This document shows positions 11,256 through 20,060 of a stretch of DNA of 64,000 nucleotides, in pieces. How positions within the stretch are numbered: position 1 is the stretch's first letter; each line of letters opens with the position of its first letter. The position numbers and the translations under genes are program-made. Source of the stretch: Rebecca billardiae RCC1528. Lineage: Eukaryota > Protista > Haptophyta. The notes below the pieces were generated by a model that was given only the letters and a program-made list of their open reading frames with translations, made no database searches and was not told the DNA's origin. Location: the NCBI GenBank assembly GCA_965240325.2, contig OZ251224.1, forward strand, positions 2,356,001 through 2,420,000, read 5' to 3'.

Positions 11256-12425
11256 CTAAGCCACGCGGTACACGATGATGTAGGACGGCAGCGCCTGCTG
11301 CGCCGAGTAGACGACGTTCTCCTCGTAGTTGAGCGCGCCGCCGCGCGCGGTGGTGAGCCCGAGCACCGAGTCGTACGCGCCGCCGGCCCCGCGCGCGGCG
11401 AGGTGCATGTCGATCTGCTCCTCCCCGAGCGCCTCCTCCGCCGTCTCGAGCGTGCGGCCGAGCAGCACCTTGCAGAGGAACATCACACGCACGCCCGCGC
11501 GCTCCGACGGCGCGGCGTAGTCGTGTGCCTTGGAGGAGGTGCGGCTGGTGTACAGGCCGCGGCCGTAGCGCAGCTGCATGCGCGTGCCGCCCGGCCCGCT
11601 CCCGGCGAGGTTCAGGTCGAACGAGCGCGCGCAGATCGTGCACACGCTGCACTGCTGGTCGTGGCACGGCCCGGCCGACGGGTCGATCCCAAAGTTGCAC
11701 AGCAGCCCGGTGCCGTGGAAGCGGCGCACCTCGTTGGCGCCGCCGTGGGGCTCGAGCGCGCGCTGGCACGCGAGGTAGCGCGCGAGCACGTCCTGCGCGT
11801 TGCGCACCTGGTACACGCGCAGCACCGTCGGGCACGCCGACGGGTGCTGCCAGCCCGCCGCGAACTGCTGCTTGACGCCAGCGTACCGGGGATGGGCGTT
11901 GGTCAGCTCGCTCAGCGTGTAGTCGGGCTCGCCCGCGCGGCCGCGGAAGACGCGGTTGACCCAGCGGGGGTCCATGCCCGCGATCGCCGGCGGCACGAGC
12001 CCGCGCTGCCGCGCCGTCACGGCGTGCGTGCGCCCGCAGTAGTCGTGCTGGAAGCCGGTGGCCTGGTCGATGAAGCACGGCGCCGTGCAGCCCGGGAGCG
12101 AGCAGATGGGGTCGCTTGAGCCGCCCTCGCCCTGGCGTGGGCGGTTCGAGGGCAGGTGCAGCCCGCGTGCCTGCGCCTCCTGCGCGTGCGAGAGCCCGCA
12201 GAACTCGTGCACCCGCCCGGTCTCGCGCTCGAAGAAGACCGGCAGGTTGCACCCCGGCAGCGCGCATTCGTGGCAGATGCCGTGAGGGTCGGGCAGCTCG
12301 CGGCCTTGCGAGGCGAGCGCCTGCTGGGCGTGCGTGCGGCCGCAGAAGTCGTGGGTGATGCCCGTGCGTGCGTCAGCGAAGGCGGGGCGATCGCAACCCG
12401 GAAGCCGGCACACCGCCGACGACAT
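11256..12425 (-). CDS. PARP-family ADP-ribosyltransferase with three N-terminal Cys/His repeats
   Basis: H-Y-E type motifs: EVRRFHGT, YGRGLYTSRTSSKAHDYA, VMFLCKVLLG, YDSV, LNYEENVVY..ALPSYIIVY. Three CxLPGC-x13-H[DE][FY]CGxxHA repeats. Intronless; alternative in-frame ATG at 12527. Confidence 0.9.
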   Translation of the reverse strand: MSSAVCRLPGCDRPAFADARTGITHDFCGRTHAQQALASQGRELPDPHGICHECALPGCNLPVFFERETGRVHEFCGLSHAQEAQARGLHLPSNRPRQGEGGSSDPICSLPGCTAPCFIDQATGFQHDYCGRTHAVTARQRGLVPPAIAGMDPRWVNRVFRGRAGEPDYTLSELTNAHPRYAGVKQQFAAGWQHPSACPTVLRVYQVRNAQDVLARYLACQRALEPHGGANEVRRFHGTGLLCNFGIDPSAGPCHDQQCSVCTICARSFDLNLAGSGPGGTRMQLRYGRGLYTSRTSSKAHDYAAPSERAGVRVMFLCKVLLGRTLETAEEALGEEQIDMHLAARGAGGAYDSVLGLTTARGGALNYEENVVYSAQQALPSYIIVYRVA

Positions 12426-12564
12426 GGCACGGCGTGGAGGGCAACGATGCAGGGTACCGGCGTGTTCGTCACGCCCGCCCAAGAGGACCCTTGCCAACAC
12501 GAAGCCGCCCGGACCGAAAGTCTCCATCCGGATCAGAGCGGGACAGGTCGCAGGACTTGGACGT
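12426..12564. promoter_or_regulatory. Putative bidirectional promoter between the PARP-like and NADAR genes
   Basis: Divergent ATGs at 12425 (or 12527) on - and 12565 on +. Inferred from geometry only. Confidence 0.45.
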
Positions 12565-13407
12565 ATGATGGCGCACTCCGTTGGTGGCCGTCAAGTGGAC
12601 GCGCCGCGCCCGATCGCGCTGATCCCTGACCCCCGCGGAGAAGGGCAGCAGGCGGGCGTGATCGCGTTCTACTACCCCGGTCGCGACACGCCATGGGATG
12701 CCGCGTGCGGCAGCCGTTTCCTCGGCAACTTTTACGAGGCGGCGCGCGGCTTTGAGTTTGCACCACCCGCCGCCTCGCGCGGCGAGGCGTACGTCTTTCG
12801 AAACGCCGAGGCGGCGTTCCAGGCGTGCAAGTTCTGGCATCTGGCCGCAGACTTCGCCAAGTGCACGGGCCACGAGGCCTTCCAGCTCAAGCGCTCGCTA
12901 AGCGGCCGCGAGGACTGGACGTACGGCGGCTCGGGCGGTGAGCACGAAGGCTCGGGGGCAAACTGGCGGGCGATGCAGCTGGTGCTCGCGGCCAAATTCG
13001 CCCCCGGCTCGGCACTCGCCGACGCGCTGCTTCGTACGGGGGACGCCTTCTTGCTCGAGCACAACGCCGCAGTCGGGCGCGACGCCGCCTGGTCTGACAA
13101 CGGCGACGGATCGGGTGCCAACTGGCTCGGCGCACAGCTCATGCTCTTGCGAGACGAGCTCGCCGGCTCGGCGCGCGATGCCGGGAGCTGGACGAGATGG
13201 ATCGCGAAGTGGATCGACGTCGGCACGGGCGCTGACCTTGGCAGCCGCTCTGAAGCTAGGCGTGACAATGCTTGGCGGAGGAGTGTGCGCGCAGCCAGCA
13301 CAGTCGTTATCGGCCAGTTTGGCGACCCGGCCGGAGCAAAGGTGCTGCCGGCTGGTGGCCGGCTGGGCCCTGCGGGCGCTTCGACGGCGGGCTCCCATGT
13401 GGCGTGA
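12565..13407 (+). CDS. NADAR (YbiA/DUF1768-like) family hydrolase
   Basis: IAFY...FLGNFY, FRNAEAAFQACKF, MQLVLAAKF...LADALLRTGDAFLLEH...RDAAWSDNGDGSGANWLGAQLMLLRDEL follow the canonical NADAR motif series. Intronless; start at ATG 12565. Confidence 0.9.
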   Translation: MMAHSVGGRQVDAPRPIALIPDPRGEGQQAGVIAFYYPGRDTPWDAACGSRFLGNFYEAARGFEFAPPAASRGEAYVFRNAEAAFQACKFWHLAADFAKCTGHEAFQLKRSLSGREDWTYGGSGGEHEGSGANWRAMQLVLAAKFAPGSALADALLRTGDAFLLEHNAAVGRDAAWSDNGDGSGANWLGAQLMLLRDELAGSARDAGSWTRWIAKWIDVGTGADLGSRSEARRDNAWRRSVRAASTVVIGQFGDPAGAKVLPAGGRLGPAGASTAGSHVA

Positions 13408-13734
13408 TAGGCGTGGGACCGCGCAGCCCTCGGCGAGGGGGAAAGGGGGTGGTGCGGACAGTGGTGGTGTTGGTTCCCGGACCGATGACGGGCGGGTGAA
13501 TCCTGAGCTCAGGCGACTCCGCGAGTCGTCCGGAGCCTACGGGCCACAAGAGCACGTCAGACCTCCCTCACACGGTCCATCGATCGATGCAAGTTCACTA
13601 CTACTACTAAGTAGTAAACTGTGACCAGAGTCCATGTGCTGACAATGTACTACGACGCGCTTATCAGTCAAGTCCCGCGCCATCATGATCATCCGCTGTC
13701 CGTGCAGCCTCTGGAGTCTCGGGGCATCATTGTC

Positions 13735-14288
13735 ATTGAGCGGTACGTCAGAGACTGAGAGCAGAGGTCGCCAAATCGCGTGGCATGGTCCCAGAATAAG
13801 GCTGCCACTCGCCCTGGCCAGCTTGCTAGCCATGCTGGTCGAGGTTCGCCCCGCCGTCACGACTAAGGCGCATACACGCCACGCGAATAATATTCGCACA
13901 GCACGGCCGTGAATCAGGACGGCGGTCGCATGACATCGGGCATGACTCTAGTTACCGCGCAGCCAACATTGATCGTCAGACTCACGGCTTGTGGGGCGGT
14001 CTGACGGCACATTGATAGGTCTGCACCCTCGTCTGGCATGCCCCAGAGGTCAGCAAGGCCGTCAGAAGGGTGATCCTGGCCGCTACTTGCCTATCCAGTA
14101 TCCTTCCCATGTGGCATGTGCAGCCTCACACGCGCCGGTCACACGATGACGTGGACGTGGGCGTGAGAGTGGTCGAAAAGTCGGATAAGACCGCGCCAAC
14201 CTACCTACGCCACGCCCCAGTGACCCGGCCGTGGCGCTGGGGCCTTGATCGGGCACTCACGCCACGCCCGCCATGGCTTCCCTTCCGA
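13735..14288 (+). repeat. Dispersed repeat copy 2 (diverged copy of 1055-1586)
   Basis: Same colinear blocks as copy 1, with many indels. Confidence 0.85.
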
Positions 14289-14692
14289 TGTCCCCATCAA
14301 CGACTGTACCAAGTGTGCACGTTAAAACACAGTAAACTGCATGTATCGCGTACTTGTAGTAATCTCGTCGCCTCCCTGAGCTGGAGAGCTGTAGTCTCTG
14401 TAGCCGATTCTATGACGAGTAAACTGTAGAAATCGATGACTGAAAGTCAAAAGCAGCGGGAGCATCGTCTCGCGACCACGCTGGAGAGCGGTCGAGGCCG
14501 AGCCCTCCGTCGCGACGTCGTTTTGGTTCGAGCTCGAACCCGTCCGGCGGCCAGCGGCGCTCGAGGACCTCCGGCAGCCACCCAGTGACGTGTGCGAGCC
14601 TCCCCCCACCCCACGCCGGGTGCGACTGCTCGCGGTAAACCGCCGCGTACGGCCAGACTCTTCACTCCCGTCGCGTCGGCCATCGGCTCTTC

Positions 14693-15823
14693 ATGGCTCG
14701 AGGAGGTGGTGGTACTCGATGTCCGCCCAGACGGTCAGCTGATCGTGCTGTCGTGGTTGTGTGGTGTCTGCTTCGGGTGGCATGGGCTGGAGAGGACGCC
14801 GCACGGCTGCATCACTCCAGCGCCAGCGCCCCGACTCGCGTCGTCGCCACGCTAGGCACCATTCCGGGCCGGGACCCGTCACCCGCCATCGCGAGCCTCC
14901 TGGGGCAGCAGCTGGCCCTCGACGCCATCCACGTCAACCTGGGCGGGAGCTCGAAATTCAATATGACGACACCGCCGGAGCCGTCCGCCGCTTTGCTCGC
15001 CGCCGTCCGCGCTGGTCTCGGGCGCGTGCATCTCCACCGCCTCGAGCTCAGCGAGGACACCGGACCGGCAGACAAGTACCTGCGCACACTGCGCGAGGAG
15101 CGCGAGCCCACGACAGTCGTGCTGGTCGTGGACGATGACAGAGAATACCCGCCCTCGCTTGCAAGGGTGCTGGTGGACGCGCTCACGGCGCGCGGACGCG
15201 GACATGCTGTCGGGTGCTCGGGCGCCCTCTTCGCGCGCGACATCGCACGGCACCGCCTCTGCCTCGGGAGCGAGAATCGGTCGTGTGCCGAGCAGATGCG
15301 AGGGCAGTGCGCCGACACTCACAGCGGGACGTCATTGTATACCCGCAGTCTGCGCGAGGGCTGCGCGCGCGTCGCGGACGTGCTTTTTGGCGGCTGTGGC
15401 GTTGCATTCTGGCGCGGAGACATCAACGCGAGCCGGCTGGACGCGCTGGTGCGCGCGCTGCCTGGTGGCGCGCACAACTGGGACGACGACCTGCTCCTCG
15501 CGACCGAGATGCTCAGCGCGGGTGTGCAGCGGTGGACGGTGGGCGCACCGCGCCCGCGCAACACACCTGCCGCACGTGTGCACCCGCTCAGCGGCTTCAC
15601 CGCGCATCAGTGCGCCGGGTTTGGGCGCACCGTCGGGTACGCGCTCAAGAACCAGTTCGGGGTGCGGTGGCTGCAGCAGCACCGGCCGCCGGCATGGTCG
15701 CACGTCGAAATGTCCACACTGGCGGCGGGAGATGCCCTGGTGGAGCTCTTCACCAGGTGCCTAGAGCAGACGAAGGTGCAGAAGCATCACGATGCCAGCA
15801 AAACCGGCCGCTCGGAGGACTAA
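14693..15823 (+). CDS. GT-A fold glycosyltransferase-like protein
   Basis: VVATLGTIPGR..AIASLLGQ..DAIHVNL, EDTGPADK, VLVVDDDREYP (DxD), DVLFGGCGVAF, WDDDLLL, plus an N-terminal hydrophobic stretch. Start uncertain. Confidence 0.7.
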   Translation: MARGGGGTRCPPRRSADRAVVVVWCLLRVAWAGEDAARLHHSSASAPTRVVATLGTIPGRDPSPAIASLLGQQLALDAIHVNLGGSSKFNMTTPPEPSAALLAAVRAGLGRVHLHRLELSEDTGPADKYLRTLREEREPTTVVLVVDDDREYPPSLARVLVDALTARGRGHAVGCSGALFARDIARHRLCLGSENRSCAEQMRGQCADTHSGTSLYTRSLREGCARVADVLFGGCGVAFWRGDINASRLDALVRALPGGAHNWDDDLLLATEMLSAGVQRWTVGAPRPRNTPAARVHPLSGFTAHQCAGFGRTVGYALKNQFGVRWLQQHRPPAWSHVEMSTLAAGDALVELFTRCLEQTKVQKHHDASKTGRSED

Positions 15824-16559
15824 AGCGCAGCCAGCCGAGCATTGGCGAGCCTGTCGGGCGCGGCGGCGCCGCCCGCGCGGCCCCGAGGCCTCGGAGGCTG
15901 AGCTGGCAGCACTGCTCAGCTGTCAGTCAGCACCGTCGGCACCGCCCCCGACACTGACAACTCTGAACAGTCTGAAGGCTTCCGCGAAGGCTTCCGCAAG
16001 TTGGACATTGTCAGGTCATAGTCTGCTGATGATTCAGCCCATCAGTTGCTAAGCCGCTGCGCCGTGTCAGATCAGCTGGGCGCGCGCGGCTCGAAGTCGT
16101 AACTGTATTTGCCGGCGGAAGGTTGCGGTGAAACGTAACGATATACGCCGCTTCCCGTAGCCTTTGCTGAGCTAGTGAGCTTGTATCTGTATCTGACTTC
16201 TACTTGCAGAGGAAGTGTCTGTACTCGGTTTTACCCCTATAATCACCAAACGGCGGTGACATCAGAATGACCGCGGACAGCGTTCCGTCCAGGTCATTCG
16301 AGCCAGCTATTGCACTGGAAGTTCCGTGCAAAAGTTTCCTTTTTGCGTCGGCAGCTCGAAGCCTTTTCGGCCATCTCAGCAAGATCTCAGCCAATCTTGT
16401 TCAAGGTGATGTGTAGATCGTGGCCGGCCGGCGCTCGGCGACGACGGCAGCTGGGGAGGCAGCAGGAAGGAAGCCACTTGCGGCCGCCCGACGAAAGCTC
16501 GAGACGCTGCTGACTCGGCGCCCTGCTCACCCGCGGCCAGCCTCGCCTCCACGTACGGC

Positions 16560-18056
16560 ATGCGGCTCACGCCTCCAAGGATGCCCACGCTGGGACGGGC
16601 GCGCTCGAAGCACGAAGAGCCCATCGTGGAGAAGGATGCGCCGCGGAGCGAAACGCCCACGCCCGAGCCGCGCTCCGAGCCCGCCAAGCCCGTCCGCGTG
16701 GTGTACACGCGCGAGCAGCTCTCGAACAAGGCGATCGACCTCGCGAAAGGGCTCGTCTCGGCCTCGCAGACCGCCAGCCGGGAGCGCTCCGCCATGCGCC
16801 TCCTCTGGCTCTTCATCGTCGTGTTCCTATTCGCGTGCCTTCTCGAGGCCATCCACACGCCGTACACGCTCGTTGACATCTCGAGGCCGTTCGACCCGGC
16901 CGTGCCGCTGACCATCGGCACGTACGGGTGCGACGTGCGCGTCGAGGCGGACGCGCACGCGGGGCGGCGGAAGGGCACGCACCGGCGCGCGAGCGGGCCG
17001 CGTCTGCGCCTCACGGGCATGCTCTCCTCGACGCACGTGCGCTGGGGCTCGCACGACGGCAACCGCGTCTTCTCGGTGAACGTGCGCTCGGCGGCGAGCT
17101 GCGCGCGGCTGCCGTTCCTCTCGTGCGCGACGGTGTGCATGCTCACCGTGTACGCCCCCGCCGACGCCGAGATGAGGGAGCTGCACGTCTCGCAGGACGT
17201 CGACGACCCGAGCGCGTGGCTGCAGCTGCGGGTCAAGGACGCGTCGTTCGGCGTGCTGCGCATCCGCGGCCCGGGCGGCAACTTCTGGGACCTCGCGGGG
17301 CCGACGCTGGACGTGCAGCTCGCGCGGGTGCGCGTCGGCGCCGGCTTCCTCGTCGCGCTCGGCGGCGGCTCCCTCCGCTGCGAGCAGTGCGCGATCGGTC
17401 AGAACACGTCTGTGCGCGTCACCTCGGAGGCAGGCTCCATCTACATCGACAGCGTGATGCCCGGGCCGGCGGGCACGCCGCTCTGGCTCGACGTGCGCCA
17501 GCCGATGGACTACGTGTGCATCGCGGCCGAGGCGTCGACCGCCGCGCCGCCCGCGCCGGGCGCGGCGCTGCCGTCGACGCTCGCGCCGGCACCCCCGACC
17601 GTCTCGGCGCCCGCCGCGGACGCGCCGGCGCCGCCCGCGGCCGCGCTCATGACGATCACGCCGCCGAGCGATCCGTGGGCCACCTGCCGCACGGACGAGT
17701 ACGCGCTCAAGCTCGCGTACAACCTGTACGACACGGACAAGGACTTCTTCATCAACCGGCACGAGCTCATCGCCGCGCTGCCGCAGCTGCCCATCTGCTG
17801 CGGCGAGACGCTCTGTCCGTTTGCCTCTTTCTGTGACCCGCTCTCGTGGCGCGTGTTCCCGTCCGTGCTGCCCACGAGCGAGGCGGACGAGTCGGCGTAC
17901 GCGGGGCGCGCGGACGTGCTGAGCAACGCCGCGTTCCTGCGCCGCGTCATGCTCACCAACTACACCGGCCTCGTCCCGCTCTGCCGCCAGCGCATCACCG
18001 TCGTGCAGCCCGCGGCGCTGGCCGCGCCCGCGCCAACGCCCGCGGACGGCAAGCAC

Positions 18057-18091
<35 letters not shown>

Positions 18092-20027
18092 GGCGGCGTC
18101 GCAGTGGATGGTGCAGGCGGAGGCGGGGCAGGCCTCGTTCGCGCTGCGCGCGCACGCCAACTCGAGCTGGTCGCGCCTCGAGACGCCGCCCGGCCCGGGC
18201 GGCAGCTCGGGCTGGCCCCCCAGGTTCCCGCGCGAGCGCGCGACTTACTGGGCGCCTGAGAACCGCTACCGCGGCGTGCGCATGCTGCAGCGCGACGCCG
18301 AGATGCTGCAGAAGCAGGTGGGCCCGCAGTTCGGCGACCTGGACTCGACGGGGCGCGGGTACGTGCTCTTCGATGTGCCCGCCGCGCCGGGCGTGCCGCG
18401 CAGCCTGTGGGTCTACGTCACGCAGCCCGTGTACCACATCCTCGAGCCCGCGGCGCTCGCGCACTTCAGCTTTGGCACTTTGCTGCCGCACGTGCACCGC
18501 TACCGCGTGCGCTTCCACGACGCGACGTGCGACGCGAACCTGACGCGCGGCGAGCTGGTCGGCTCGTCGTGCGAGGCGAGCTACCAGGCCGACTGGCCCG
18601 GCGACAACGCCGCGCGCTGCTCCGACGTCATCTACGACGACCACGCGCGCCGGCTCGCGCAGGTCTGGTCCGGCCTCGAGCGCGCGATCAAGTCTGACGG
18701 CTGGGACGCGCGCAAGCCTCGCGGCCAGGTGCTGCTCGTGGGCGAGCCGACGCGCGGGCACGCGTACTGGGAGTTCCTCAGCGCGTGGCGCCGGTACGGC
18801 CTCTACGAGTTCTCCACGATGGGCTCCTCCGGCGGCGGCGCCGAGATGGACGTTTGGATCGAGCCGCTCCGCGCGACCAGCCTGGCAGCCATCCTGCACG
18901 CGGCCGTGGTCATCGCCGTGCTCGCCGCGCTGCTGCTCGCGGTGAGCGCGGAGGTGGGGGTGCACGTGGCGGCGAAGGCGCTCGTGCGCGCGGCGTGGCG
19001 CGACAAGCGCTCCAAGCTGCGCATGTTCGAGCGCAACGGCCTCGACGTCGACCACTCCGAGCTGCTCGCCGCCGCGTGCTATGGCGGTGCGCTCAAGCGG
19101 AGCGCTGCGCGCGGCGTGGCCTCCTTGGGCGAGCGCCCGCTCCCCCGGCGCGTCTCGATGGCGCCGCGCGCGCGCGGGCGCGTGCTCGGGCGGAACAGCG
19201 ACGCGTACGCCTCCGAGCTCCCGCCCGCGCACTCCTCCGCCGCCGAGCCCGACTTCGACGTGTTCGAGGTGCCGCTCGCCTTCATCTCTGTCGTGTTTAT
19301 CGAGCCGATCCGACGAGCGTACGTCGATTCTGTCGCGGCGTTCGTGCGCGACAAGTGCGCGCTGGACGAGGGGCAGCTGGCGAGCGCGGGCGTGCGCGCG
19401 TGGCGCGAGCGGCTGTTCCGCTCCGCGGGCGCCTCGCACGCCTCCGGCCTCGGCCGCGACGGCACCATGCGCTTTGGCGCCGCCTCCGCCTTCTCCAAGC
19501 TCGCGCGCTCGGCGCACCGCGTCGAGGCGCTCGCGCGCTGGCGCCGCTTTGCGAACCTCGAGGAGGACGAGGACGAGGGTGACGCGGAGCGGGGCGGGCC
19601 GCCGCCGCCGCCGCCCGCGCCGCCGCCGCTGCCGCCGCGCCCGACCGCGCCCACCTCCTCGATCAGCATGGCGGACTGGGTCTTCCACTACGAGATCTAC
19701 TGTGCGCGCGCGCCGCGCGAACCGCCCAGTGCCACGCCGCGGCGCGCCGCCGCGGCGCGCCGCCGCGGCCGATGCGCGCCGTGCGCGGTTGTGGTTGCCC
19801 GTCTGCGCGGGTGAGCCGGTCGCTGGGCTAGAGGGTGCGCACGCACACCACGGCGTGGCACGGCCACGGCGGGCTCACGGCCCTTGCTCGAACCGTGCCT
19901 GACCCTCGGCGTCCACCACCGCTCCGCCCCTCTCCCGGCTGCTGCTGCTGCTGCCGCGGCGCCTGCTGCTGCTGCCGCTGCTGCTGCTGCCGCGGCGCCT
20001 GCTGCTGCTGCTGCTGCTGCCGCGGCG

Positions 20028-20060
<33 letters not shown>

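Noticed and set aside
12334-12564. N-terminal extension of the NADAR ORF overlapping the PARP start
   Set aside because: It begins at a non-ATG codon and is the antisense of PARP coding sequence. ATG 12565 precedes the domain directly.
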